Positions 26,881 to 41,236 of a DNA stretch of 64,000 nucleotides are shown here, one piece after another (positions within the stretch are counted from its first letter, which is position 1; each line of letters starts with the position of its first letter). The notes beneath the pieces were generated by a model. It was not told the origin of the DNA. It saw only the letters and a program-made list of their open reading frames with translations, and did not search any database. The stretch is from Eledone cirrhosa (lineage: Eukaryota). The translations under genes were made by a program, and so were the position numbers. Location: positions 81,406,001 through 81,470,000 of the forward strand of contig OZ024743.1 of NCBI GenBank assembly GCA_964016885.1, written 5' to 3'.

Positions 26881-27045
26881 GAGTGACAACCCAGATTCCC
26901 AATCAACAGAAAGGTGCTACATAGGTACCACAACATTGCTTTGAAACATAAGGTAGCACAATACTTTCTGTATAAGTCACAATAACTTTCATCCCTTGCA
27001 CTAGATAGAGCGCTCTTTTCCTTTTTTCTTCTCACCGTTAATTTG

Positions 27046-27204
<159 letters not shown>

Positions 27205-27205
27205 C

Positions 27206-27257
<52 letters not shown>

Positions 27258-27409
27258 TCACATGACCTCTACCGACCAATCAAAAGTGTTTTGACCACAA
27301 GCATTTTTGCAACACAAAAATAACGCTGGAGCCATTTTTTTAACATAAAAACAGGTAGAATTCCCAAAACTAATCAGATCAGAGCAAACAGCACGGACAC
27401 TCTATCTCA

Positions 27410-27677
<268 letters not shown>

Positions 27678-28107
27678 GGGGGTGTATGTGTGTGCGTACC
27701 TGAGCATGTGAGATTGCGTGTGTGTGTGTTACATTTATATTGCGGTGGATTGGCAGACTCGGACACCATACTTTCCACCATAGAGTAATGTCCCTTTACG
27801 GTTTGAGTTCAAATTCCGCCGAGGTTAAGTTTGGCTTTTGGATACGTCGCCACGAGGCAGATGACTATAAATAGTAGTAGAATAAATCGAGTAAATTACT
27901 CCTGGACAAGGAAAAGGAACAAAAACATATATGTGTATGTATGTGTGTGTATTTATATACATATGTATATACATATGTATAATAAAATAAATATGTATAT
28001 ACATATATATTTCTATAATTATATACACCCCCCACTCTCATGCGTCAACCTAATACTGACAATGTTTGTACTGCACTCTTCGTTATCCTGTTTGTTTTTG
28101 TCTTTAA

Positions 28108-28143
<36 letters not shown>

Positions 28144-28774
28144 CATGCATATATAGATTTCTGTGTGTGTGTTTGAATATAGTTTAGGTGGTTAAATTAC
28201 GCATACTTCCACTCACACGCACAACCACATACATAAACACGTGTGCGTGATCAGAACTTCTCGCCCGTTTTGTATGTCCGTGCGTTTCTTTATCTCCATT
28301 CCTCTCTTTCATTCACATGCGCATGCTTTCTCCCGCTCTTTCTCTCTCTTCCTCCCTCTCCCTCTCTCTCTCTCTCCTTATATGTCTGTCTCTCTCTCTT
28401 ATCTTCTCACTCCACCCCACCTCCACTCACCAACTAACCCTAATCTCCAACGACCTTCTAGCGCGGCACAAATTAACTTCCAACTGAACACATATCGATT
28501 ATCGATTAAGCAAGCCTGTCTCCAGACGGATCATTAACGTATTAGACCACTTGCTTGCTTCAAGATTTATGATGCTCTCACACCGACTGCAGCCGTTATA
28601 GACAGCCGTGTATAAGTAAATGTAGAGAAACAGTGAAACAGAGATACAGTAAGGACAGATTAGATACATAGAAAGAAAATGGCGTACCACAGTATTATAA
28701 AATGTTACGGCCATTTGTCTTCCTCCATTTTTTTTATTTTGACTCTTCTACTTTCACTTTCGATATATTTTATT

Positions 28775-28889
<115 letters not shown>

Positions 28890-28903
28890 TGTGTGTGTGT
28901 AGG

Positions 28904-28934
<31 letters not shown>

Positions 28935-29029
28935 GTGTGTGTTTTATTGTATTATTGTATATTATTATGTTTTTCCATTGTATATTTTCTATTCTAAATC
29001 TATTTTACTTATACCTATGCAGTTATTAT

Positions 29030-29210
29030 TATGGCAGTATCGGTAGAGGGTCGGACGCCATGCTTTCTAGCATAGTTACGTCCCTTTACATTCTGAGTTC
29101 AAATCGGGCCGAGGTTAACTTTGCCTTTCATCCTTACGGGGTCGATAAAATAAAGTACCAGTAATGCACTGGTAATTGGTGACCTTGTGCCTAAAGTAGA
29201 AACAATTATT
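29030..29210 (+). mobile_element. Meta-like SINE
   Basis: Near full-length match to the 20915 unit. Confidence 0.9.
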
Positions 29211-29454
29211 ACTATATATATATATTCATACATATATGGATGTGAGTGTGTTTGTGTGAGTGTGTGTGTCTGTGTGTGTGTGTTTGTGTGTGTCTCTGTG
29301 TGTGTGTGTGTTTGTGTGTGTCTGTGTGTGTGTGTGTGTTTCTGTGTGTCTGCGTGTGTGTTTCCTGTTTTATTTATTGTTGTTTGTGTTCTTTAATTGC
29401 TATTGACGGTGCTGTTGTTGTTGTTGTTTTACATATCAAATCTTTGTCTTCTTA

Positions 29455-30420
29455 CATCTCATATCCTTACCTCCATCTCATATCCTTACCTCCATCTCGT
29501 ATCCTTACCTCCATCTCATATCCTTACCTCCACCTAATATCCTTACCTCCATCTCTATCATTACCTCCATCTCATATCATTACCTCCATCTCATATCCTT
29601 ACCTCCATTTCATATCCTTATCTCCATTCCTATCATTACCTCCACCTCTATCATTACCTCCATCTCTATCATTACCTCCATCTCTATCATTACCTCCATC
29701 TCATATCCTTACCTCCATCCCATATCCTTACCTCCATTTCATATAACTACCTCCATTTCATATTCTTTCAATCTCCACTCGACCACTACTCCACTCTCCA
29801 CCCCACCACTACTCCACTCTCCACTAGACCACTACTCCACTTTCTACCCCAACACTATCCCACTCTACACCCCACCACGACTCCACTCTCTATCCCACCA
29901 CTACTCCACTCTCCACTCGACCACTACTCCACTCTCCATCCCAGCACTGCTCCACTCTCCACCCCACCACTACTCCACTCTCCACTCGACCACTACTCCA
30001 CTCTCCACCTCACCACTACTCCACTCTCCACCCTACCACTACTCCACTCTCCACCTCACCACTACTCCACTCTCCAGCCCACCACTACTCCATCTCCACT
30101 CGACCACTACTCCACTCTCCACCTCACCACTACTCTACTCTCCACCCCACCACTACTCCATCTCCACTCTCCACCCCACCACTACTCCATCTCCACTCGA
30201 CCACTACTCCACTCTCCACCTCACCACTACTCCACTCTCCACCCCACCACTACTCCACTCTCCACTCGACCACTACTCCACTCTCCACCTCACCACTACT
30301 CTACTCTCCACCCCACCACTACTCCATCTCCACTCTCCACCCCACCACTACTCCATCTCCACTCGACCACTACTCCACTCTCCACCTCACCACTACTCCA
30401 CTCTCCACCCCACCACTATT
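29455..30420. repeat. Two adjacent pyrimidine-rich minisatellites (18-19 bp, then ~22-23 bp)
   Basis: tccttacctccatctcata units to ~29760, then caccactactccactctccacYc units. Confidence 0.9.
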
Positions 30421-30743
30421 CTCTCCTCAGTTATAAATACATTTCTATTTTATTGTTTCTGTTATTTTCTCATATTTATTATTTCCTCCTTTCTTTCCAT
30501 TATTTCAATACCCCCCCCCCCCCCCATCAGTTCTTTATACTTTTAACTTTAAATTTCTGCAATCATATTTTCTCCCCGCCTCCACACATCCCACCCCCAC
30601 CAGACACCATTTCTCCTTTTCTTTATTTCTCCCCAAATCACTTTTTTTGCTATTTTTTGTTATTTTTTCATAAATTTTCTTTCCATTTTCCAGTTTTTCC
30701 CTTTTTTATTCTTCATCATAATCTTCAAATATTTTTTCGCCAT

Positions 30744-30778
<35 letters not shown>

Positions 30779-30794
30779 TTGTATATATACATAC

Positions 30795-30924
<130 letters not shown>

Positions 30925-31100
30925 ATATAAAATATATATGCATATACATATATATATAGATATATACATACATATATATATATATATGTATATGTATACA
31001 TATGTATATATATATATACATATATATACATATATATACATATATATACATATATATATATACATATATATATATACATATATATATATACATATATATG

Positions 31101-31233
<133 letters not shown>

Positions 31234-31541
31234 GTGTATATATATATATGTCACAATAACGATCTTCCTTTTTCTCAGCTGTTCACATATTCCCGTTTAA
31301 TTTAATACCCTCCTCTTTCCTTTAACCAAACAATAAAAGAATAAAAGACCCAAAAGTCCACCTTTTGATTTATTTCACATTCTTCAGTTAATATATTTCC
31401 GTCTATTAATCAAAGTTTCTCCACCATATTTTCCAGCCTGACAATACCCAGAAGGTCATTTTAGGAATATACGACATTACAAAACAACAACGAAATACAA
31501 CAAAAAATAAATAATTAAATAAATAAACAAATAAGTAAATA

Positions 31542-31589
<48 letters not shown>

Positions 31590-32080
31590 TATCGACTTGT
31601 CTACAAAAACATGTTTCCCTTTGTACTATTGATCGATACACCAAATTTGTTTTGCTATTTACGTATATATATAAGTAAATAAATATATATATAAATATGT
31701 GTGTGTTTGTGTGTATACATATATATATATATATCTGTGATATATGTATATGTGTGATATATGTATATGTGTATATGTGTGTGTATATATATAGGTGTCT
31801 GTGTATATACCTACCCCACAGTAGGTGTACACGTGCCTTTGTCTCAGTTCATATTTGATTGTATTTCTTATTTTTCCATTTCTATTTTATTCGTTTCCTT
31901 TTTCCTGTTCTGGTTTGTCTTTTAAACTGATGAGAGTTCCTCAACCTTTCCACTGTACCACCTGAAGATATGCTCAGATATCACACACTAGTATATCAAT
32001 TAAACATCCATAGATGTATGTATGTATGTATGTATGTATGTATGTATGTATGTATGTATGTATGTATGTATGTATGTATG

Positions 32081-35000
32081 TTATCTCTTTCTCTTAATTT
32101 CGAGTATATTTTTTTTCTGGTGGGAAGGTTGTAAAAGAAAAGAAATTGTCATCCCTTGAATCGCAAGAATGTTTTGCAAATTTTGAAGGTGCCAGCTATC
32201 GCAGCCATTTGTAGACTATGAATTAGGGAGCTGCGCTCTTTGTCCGCAAATCCAAGTTCAGTCATACTTTGGTCCAAGCGGGTTGGTAAATAACCCGTAG
32301 CTCCAATAACGATGGGTATGAAGCTAAATGTGTATCTTGGATACTGGATTTTTAAACTCCTCCTCAATGGTCCGTAGATGTCCTCCTTCTCCTGTATTTT
32401 ACTGACAACGTTTACATCAAGTGGGCAGCTGATCTCCACAAAAGAACACGTTTTCAATGTGTGGTCCCAAACAACAATATCAGGCCGGTTGTGCTTTAAT
32501 TTGGTGTCAGTTTTTATTTTCAGATTCCACCAGTATTCCTTAGTGCCATCTGTCTCAATATATTCTTCCTCGTTTGTTGTTAATTTTGTTTTCCGAAGTG
32601 CGTTCTAGGTGGTTCCAGCTATCCCATCGTGTCTCATGAGGAGGTAGTAGCGAGATGACATTCTTTCGCAGCTGTCAACAATGTGGCTTACACCCTCGAT
32701 CTTTGTTTTACATAGCCTGCATTTATTGTCAGCTGATGGCCCTCCCCTTTTGTGCAGCAGATTTGGTAGGGAGTTCTTGTTCCTGTATTGCATAGAGATA
32801 CCCCTCAAGGTGTGATGTCATAAACTTGTAGGAACTCCATGCCAGGATTTTTGAGTGGTTTATCCCCTCTATGGTCTGTGTTTTACGTCTCAAGTATCCA
32901 TGCACAACTTTTTCTGTAAATTGGTCAATTGTTTAATCTTGTTTGAACATTGAATAGGATCTTCCGATTTCTCTGGGTGAGAGATTTATATCAGGCTTTA
33001 TTCCATATCTCTCCTCCAGATCAGTGGCTATTCTAATGATATTTTTTTTCATGCTCATAAACCTGGGTAAGATGGTTGCCAACCTTTTCCCTCTGTTGAA
33101 GATGTTGCTTCAGTGTTACTATCCGGGTCTCATATGATGTTAATATGGATTTTAGACCCCGGCCACCTTCCTTGCGTGAGAAGTATAGCCTATCCACATC
33201 ACCATTGATGTTAAAGTTCCCAGTAACACTGAGAAGTTTGCGAGTTCTAACACCCATCTCACTTAGTTCTTGCAATGACCAGTTCAGCAGGCCAAATGTT
33301 GGCGTTAGAATTGGCACAGCATAAGTATTGTGGGCAATGTATTTCTTGTACGCTGATAGTTCTGATGACCATATTTTCTTTACTCTTCTGAGGTATTCAG
33401 TTTTGGTTCTCTCCTTATTTATGGGTCCATCATATCTGACATTCTCATCCTGTCCAAGATATCTGTAGTTGTCACCTGACTGTAGAGGTTGTATTGTCAG
33501 GCCGTTCATCTCTAGATTTCTAGAGGAGGGCACAGCTCTTCCACGTTTTACTGCCAAATATGCACACTTGGACTCACCAAATTTCATTTTATGTCTGTTG
33601 AAAATTGTGTAATGAGGTCCAATTGTTTCTTGATGTCATTGATATTTGGCCCATACAACTTCAGGTCATCAACAAAGAAAAGATGGGAGATACTTCTGGA
33701 CCCACTTCTTTGTCCACCTTGTTTCCTGAATAGGTAAGATAGTGGATTTAGTGAGAGAACGAAGAGTAGCACTGACAAGCTATCACCCTGAAAGATGCCC
33801 TTCTGGTAATGTATCTTCTCAGTCTTAACTTGCTGCCTCTAAGGATCAAATTGGTGTACCAGTTCTTGGTAATACGTTCAACAGCAGCTACCAGTGGTTG
33901 TGGGACTTCGGCTAACTGTAAAGCCTTAACAATCCACCCATGAGGTACACTATCAAATGCTTTTTGATAGTCCAGCCACACCACAGTCATGTTTCTGCGA
34001 TTCTATGTTGTTTTTTCTTGAATCATTTTATTAGTTAGTAGGTGATCTATGCAACCCCACACCTCCCTCTTTCCACCAGCTTGCTTAGGTGTTATGATGT
34101 TGTTGGTAGCACAGTGATCCTGTAAGAACAGGTTAAGGTACCCAGTATATAATTTATACATGATGTTTTGGCAGGCTATTGGGCGGTAATTTTTAGCAAG
34201 GGTGGTTTGGCTATTTTGGGGGAATGAGGAGCGTAGTGGCAGTTGATAACCATCTGGGCAGTTCTTGTGTGCCTTTAATGGTTTCTGTAAACAACCGTAT
34301 GAGATCTTGCCGATAGAAAGTGAAATTCTTCAACCAGTATCTTGTAATGAGGTCTGGGCCTGGTGATTTCCTATTCGACATTTTCTGTAGAGCTGTTTCC
34401 AGTATTGACCCATCTATGTCATATTGTTTTGTCTGGACATGTTGGCAGTAGTCCTGTTCCAGTTCCTTTAGCCAATTAGTTTGTCTGTTGAATCCGTCAT
34501 CCGTTTCCCATACAGATCTCAAGTAGCTCTCAACCTGTTCTCTTGAAGGGGTGTCATTTACAGGGATTGAGCTTTTGCCACCGAAACTGCGATAAACTGA
34601 TTTAGGATCTCTGGAAAACAATCTATTTACCACTTGTCGTTTAAGTGCTGTTGACTTATATTTTAGTCTTTCTGTTGTAGCTGTGAGTTGTTGTTTCAAC
34701 CGGTGTAATTTGGAGTTTAAAGTTTTAAATTTTGTATCTCCAAATCGTTTCTCTAACTTTTTTTTTAGTTCTTCCTGGTGTCGTGTGAAGTTGCTCTCTA
34801 TGTTGCATTTCATAATGACTGCGATGTGTGAAATACTTCGCCCCAGGGACAAAATTTTGCTTTTTAAATTTCGCATCCACGCTGGTTCAGGCTTTTTGTT
34901 TGTATCTTGATTGCGTGGTTTTAGATGTTTGTTATATGAAAGCAATGTGACAGCTGAAACATATAACAAAATGTTAAGCGTTTCAAATGTCGTTTCTACA

Positions 35001-36283
35001 CCTTTAGATCGTATAGCCTTCAGATAATTGTCAGCTATTTCGTTCACCGATTCCAATTCCAATTTAGTGGGTTCTTTACTGATTCTGGTGTTGTATGGTC
35101 TGTCACTCACATTAAGGCTGTGTATCATTGAAACATATCGTCCCATATCACTTGTAATTGTCCACAACCTTTTGGTGTTCTGTTTGTACAGTAGAGTCAT
35201 GAATTTCAGCCTCGTTATTGATGTGGTGACAATTACTACTAGATTTAGCTGACCATTCTCGCTGTTCTTCAGCGGAAGTGGGATGGATTTCAGCAAAATT
35301 GTTGGTGAGCTGTTCACTGTTAGATTTAGCTGGCCATTCTCTTTGTCTGTCAGAGGAAGTGGGGTGGTTGTCTACAAGGGCTGTATTTGTAGTATCACTC
35401 AATTCCGTTAGATGTATCAATTTACATCTAATCATACGTTTTGCCTGTTCATTTAAATGCTTTGGAGAAAAGTCTAATTCTGGGTGTTTGGAGTTCCATA
35501 AAGTTTTTAGCCTTTGCATAAAACCGAACTTTTGGGGTTCACATTGTTTGTATGCTTCATATAATTCTTTGTTAAGCTCGTAGCTCCACTGTATACAACG
35601 GTTGTAATTGCGATTTGGTCGAAGGTGACTTGTACGTTTTGCCATGATGAGTTCGTCTATTCACTAATATTTTGTATTTATTTTTCAAAATAGTCGATGA
35701 TCTTCTTTAAAAGTTTCGACAAAGTTTTGTCAGAATCAAATTTAAAGTTATTCCCAGCTTGGGTAATATTTCTTTTCAGTTAGTTTTTAATTCTACAACT
35801 GTGTTTTAAACGTTGTTCTTGAATCGTTTGAATCTAGAACAAAAAAAAAAAAGAAACCGTTACTTAGTATATTTCTTTATGAATGTAATATAATATAACA
35901 ACGCTGTATTTATATGTTAAAGTTTATGTATCATTCATATAAATAGGTGTTCTACAACTTATTCACAACATATTCACAGTTCAAACACTTATGTTTTTGT
36001 TTGTGAATCGAAAATGTTACTTGCATATTTCTTTACAAATGTAATATAACAACGTTGCATTTATATGTTAAAGTGTATGTATCGTTCATATATCATAAGT
36101 GTATGTATCGTTCATATAAATAGGTGTTTTACAACACACAGTTCAAACACTTATGTAGAATTATTGTATGTAATCTTACAGCGTAATGTAGCTCAACTTT
36201 TTCCAATATATGGTATGTTGCCTTCATGTAAGCCGTAATTAGACACGTCCGATTATCGGACACTGACCACAACGGTCACCATT
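32081..36283 (-). mobile_element. R4/Dong-like RLE non-LTR retrotransposon, near full length; 5' boundary uncertain
   Basis: Interrupted ORF 35645-32149, short 3' UTR abutting (TATG)n at 32080, and an AT-rich 5' region reaching the next (TATG)n at ~36284. Confidence 0.85.
32149..35645 (-). pseudogene. RT + CCHC + restriction-like endonuclease polyprotein with multiple frameshifts/stops
   Basis: RKSPGPDLITRYWLK, KNYRPIACQNIMYK, WLDYQKAFDSVPHGWI, ISHLFFVDDLKLY, MKFGESKC, DVDRLYFSRKEGGRGL, CRLC...HIVDSC, RHD, HNRPDIVVWD...VEISCPLD. Confidence 0.95.
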
Positions 36284-36408
36284 GTGTATGTATGTATGTA
36301 TGTATGTATGTATGTATGTATGTATGTATGTATGTATGTATGTATATGTGTGTATGTATGTATGTGTGTATGCATGTATGTATGTGTGTATGTATATATG
36401 TATGCATG

Positions 36409-36436
<28 letters not shown>

Positions 36437-36439
<3 letters not shown>

Positions 36440-36959
36440 GAGGTATAAGGATTCCTTGAAAGCCTCTCTGAAAGACGCTAACATCTCTGCTGATACATGG
36501 GAAAATATTGCTGCTGATCGTAATAAATGGAGAAAGACTGTATATGTGGGAAAAGTTGCCTTTGAGGCATCTCGAATCGTATACGAGAAAGTAAAGCGGG
36601 ATGTGAGGAAGGGCATTGCTGTTGCACTTCCAGACGGCGAGGGTCCTCCTATGGTGCTGACATGCAGCGTCTGTGCGAGACTTTGCCTAAGCAAAGCTGG
36701 ACTCGAAAGTCATCTTCGCAGTCATAAAGTAAGACCAGTGGTTGACTACCAGGCTGCTGTTGGAGATGCTACTCATCATGCTTGCCAAACATGTGGTAGA
36801 GAATGTAAATCAGCAGGAGGGCTCAAGCGACATGCAAAAGTACACGAACTCCAACCACAGCCGACTATTCCCAGTGAATGTTTTGGTTGCCGACTCTGTG
36901 CAAGACATTTTAGATCATTGGCTGGGCTAAAAAGCCACATTCGATCGCAGCGCTATTAG
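36437..36959 (+). pseudogene. RTE-clade LINE C-terminus with three C2H2-type fingers, 5'-truncated
   Basis: KRYKDSLKASLK...WENIAADRNKWR...FE, then CSVC..HLRSH, CQTC..HAKVH, CRLC..HIRSQ; RTE-like terminal hairpin ctcgataacgag at ~37251. Confidence 0.88.
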
Positions 36960-36973
36960 TTGCTATCGCGCGC

Positions 36974-37004
<31 letters not shown>

Positions 37005-37461
37005 GATATGCTTATGTGTGTGCGTGTATGTGTATATATATATGTATATTATTATTGTTGTTGTCGTTATTATTATTGTTGTTATTATTATTATTATTAT
37101 TGTTATTAATGTATGTGTGTGTGTATATATGTGTATGTATGTGTGTATGTATATATATATATATATATATATATTTCTTTTTTTTATTTTTATTTTATTT
37201 TTTATTTATTTATTATTATTATTTTTTTTTCTCCTCGTGCAATGGCCATACTCGATAACGAGGGAGCAGCCATCATGTGTGTATGTATGTATGTGTGTAT
37301 GTATGTACGTGTGTATGTATGTATGTATGTATGTATGTATGTATGTATGTGTGTATGTATGTATGTATGTGTGTATGTGTGTATGTATGTATGTATGTAT
37401 GTATGTATGTATGTATGTATGTATGTATGTATGTATGTATGTGTGTATGTATGTATGTATG

Positions 37462-37495
<34 letters not shown>

Positions 37496-37504
37496 TGTAT
37501 GTGT

Positions 37505-38934
37505 GTCTCGTTCAGCGCATTGGTAGGGCTTCTCCTACATGGATATAAAGTAGTGGCCGTACTCGAAAACGAGTTGGCAGACACCATGTATATATATTAT
37601 ATGTATGTATTTATATCAAAGGGCAAAGAAGCTCTTAAGAGTCAATGGCCATCCAAAATCACCGGGAGAGATGACCCCTTGCCTTTGTCAAGGCAGAATT
37701 CTAGGAGAAGGAAAACTCTGATATAACACCTGCAACCCTGATGGTATCCAATGATGTTGACTTGTTCTTCTTTTTGGTAAATATCATCTTCGTTAAAATA
37801 GTGGGACTGGCTTTGTGCAGTGCCATTGCTCACTATAAAAGCTTCACGGCACAGGCATTGCTTTATATCTGGAGATATCTCAGCACTTGTCGTCACATGG
37901 TATCATGGGCCCAGCACAATATGTCAATAATTGTCACAAGTGTAGTGTTTGTACCAGAGTTTTCAAGTCGCTGGCTGGACTAAAAAGTCACACTTGTTCA
38001 ACGCATTGGTAGGGGTTCTCCTACATGGATATAAAGTAGTGGCCGTACTCGAAAACGAGTTGGCAGCCACCATGTATGTGTGTATGTATGTATGTATGTA
38101 TGTATGTATGTATGTATGTATGTATGTATGTGTGTATGTATGTGTGTGTGTATGTATGTATGTATGTGTGCATGTATGTATGTATGTGTGTGTGTGTATG
38201 TATGTATGTGTCTATGTATGTATGTGTGTGTGTATGTAGGTATGTATGTATGTGTGTGTGCATGTAGGTATATGTGTATGTACGTATGTATGTATGTATG
38301 TATGTATGTATGTATGTATGTATGTATTGTCAGGTCACTAGTTGGTGCTACTGGTAACATGTATCCCAGTACAACCTGTCTCATGGTCGAGTCGTTGGCG
38401 ACTAAACTGGCAACCCCACCAAGGTTTCTTGGTGAGGAGGGTGACTTTGGACATCCTGCAGGACTAAAAACAAAACCTGTCAAAAGGGCAAAGGAGCTCT
38501 TAAGAGTCAATGGCCATCCAAAATCACCGGGAGAGATGACCCCTTAGCCTTTGTCAAGGCAGAATTCTAGGAGAAGGAAAACTCTGATATAACACCTGCA
38601 ACCCTGATGGTATCCAATGATGTTGACTTGTTCTTCTTTTTGGTAAATATCATCTTGGTTAAGAGAGTGGGACTGGCTTTGTGCAGTGCCTTTCCTCACT
38701 ATAAAAGCTTCACGGCACAGGCATTGCTTTATATCTGGAGATCTCTCTGTACTTGTCATCACATGGTACCATGGGCCCAGCACTATGTGTCAATAATTGT
38801 CACAAGTGTAGCGTTTGTACCAGAGTTTTCAAGTCGCTGGCTGGACTAAAAATTCACACTCGTTCAGCGCATCGGTAGGGGTTCTCCTACATATAAAGTA
38901 GTGGCCGTACTCGAAAACGAGTTGGCAGCCACCA
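37505..38934 (+). mobile_element. Three head-to-tail family F elements (bipartite RTE derivative) with (ATGT)n tails
   Basis: Copies 37505-37586, ~37615-38072 and 38328-38934 share the 3' end tggccgtactcgaaaacgagttggcagccacc(ATGT)n and a CSVCTRVFKSLAGLK.HT finger remnant; the 5' part has RTE 5'UTR-like ctaggagaaggaaaactctgat. Confidence 0.8.
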
Positions 38935-40184
38935 TGTATGTATGTATGTATGTATGTATGTATGTATGTATGTATGTGTGTATGTGTATGTATGTATGTA
39001 TCTATGTATGTATATTATCTGATATAAATACGACCGCTATCCCTGTTGGCGCGGGCAGGACGCATCACCACCCTCCACACTAGGTAAATAATTTAAAATA
39101 TGTCCAAAGATGAAACGAAATGTTAATATCAGGGAGACAGGGGTTTGCTGCTGCTACAATATTTTAAATAGATGTTAATATACATAAAATCTATTTAGTT
39201 ATCTTATATTTAATTAAAACCGCAGACAAATGAAATCCCTCTTCCAAAACGTGAAACCTGTTGTCTATGGTTTCCTCAGAAATCATCTTATAAGTATCGA
39301 TCATTACTATGTTCTGCAAGACACCCTTCGGCAACTTGTAACTGAATCAATATTTATAATTACGCTTTTGAGCAGTGATTCTCAATATGGGGCTTTAGTC
39401 CTACTTGTGGGCCTGAGGATTTTTTTTATCTGGGATTGCAAGGGGAAAAGATGGGCCTTGTAATTCTTTATTTCCACTAGCGTAAAATTATTAAAACACA
39501 GAGTGCTTTACTTTATTTTGAAAGGCAAATAATTTAGAAATTCTTTAAATAAAATGTTCTATTCGTGCTTATGTGAGCCTGAATTCTTTTTTCTATTTTT
39601 TTTATTTTTCACTAAAAATTGTCTACAAAGAAAACAATTTTAAAAGGCACTGCTGTAGATCACATTTTCCGGTTATAATTTCTTTCAAATTCTTTAATCT
39701 TCGCACAATTTTGGATAAAGAAAATTCAAGATATAAAATATACTATTAACCTCAGTTGTATGTAGTTTCTATGTTGTCTGCGTATCTCTAGGTCGTTTAC
39801 ATTCCCTAATCTAACATTTACACAAAATGAGATCAATAAGATAAGTATCAGGTTTCAAAAAACATTGAAGTCAATATGATGGAGTAAACCTGTTCAAGGC
39901 AATGCCCCAGCATGACAACAGTCTAAAGACTGAAATAAAAATATAGAACAAAAGCATGTTATATATATTAGTCATGTGCTTCTCCCATTTGGAAACATTC
40001 TATTAAAAGCGATTACATTAAAACTAAATATGGAACAGGGTTGACACCTTTCAATACTCTATTGTCTAATGTACTTGCTATTTTCATTGTTATATACATA
40101 TTGGGAAGAGTCGGGGCCCGACAGCCGAGCTCTTGTCATTTCAACAGGTAGTTCTAGTCTAAGTAGTTTAATACAGGTTTAATC

Positions 40185-40264
<80 letters not shown>

Positions 40265-40277
40265 CATATATAAATAA

Positions 40278-40369
<92 letters not shown>

Positions 40370-41055
40370 TTAGTTATACTATTTATGGTTATGTAAATAC
40401 ATGGGAGTAACTCCCCTTAGCCACACACACACTTCCGGGTGGTATTCAATGTCGTTTCTCGAAACGTAACAGCCTCCTGTATTGAACTAAAGAACATCAG
40501 ACTACGATTCTCTAACTGGATTGTCAAACGCTCAATATCGAATTGTCGTGGATTATGTGAGGGGCATATAATCGAAAAATACACTCCCCTGACCATGAAA
40601 ATGTCGAAGTACATGAAATACTTGTCATCCCTTCGCTGTGCATCTCCAATACTTTTAATATTTTTAATGCTTGCACTATTTTTAATCCTTATATCATTTC
40701 TCCACACACAGATTATATCAATCATATAAAGAATTTGCCACCAGATCAACCAACCTAACACTCTTGTTTACCTACCTAAGTGCCTCTACTACACGTATCT
40801 CTCTGCCACACTATATAAACAAGACGCACGTGCTTGCCACACATATAACATTTGCACTATATAACCGCTTATCTTCATGTTGTATTTTAACCTGTATTTT
40901 TGATTTTTGATTGTACCTTTTAATATGAATGTAATCTCGAAGTGTGTACTGCCACTCTAAATTCTGTAATGAATGTTGACCCACAATATTTGCATATGTA
41001 TCGGTATGTCTCTTGGCTGAAAAGGAGGTCATATAACTGTCCATGCATTAATAAA

Positions 41056-41106
41056 TTGCTCCGAAGAATCCAAACCTCGGATTGGAGGAAACAGCTGTAA
41101 GCACAA
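41056..41106 (+). ncRNA. Minimal hammerhead, C4 variant (family G)
   Basis: tgct-CCGAAGA-a-tccaa(acctcgga)ttgga-g-GAAA-cagctg-TA-agca; palindromic stem III ACAGCTGT; inside a (TA)n-flanked insert 40370-41140. Confidence 0.65.
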
Positions 41107-41134
41107 TAATGTTTTGAACAGTTCTTTGATTCTT

Positions 41135-41236
<102 letters not shown>

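Noticed and set aside
36282-36959. Host C2H2 zinc-finger gene
   Set aside because: The fingers follow an RTE ORF C-terminal signature, and the ORF start is (TATG)n.
38860-38935. HDV-like ribozyme on the minus strand (GGTGGCT.../GGCCACT)
   Set aside because: No room for P2/P3/L3; better explained as a plus-strand RTE 3' terminal stem-loop after a zinc-finger remnant.
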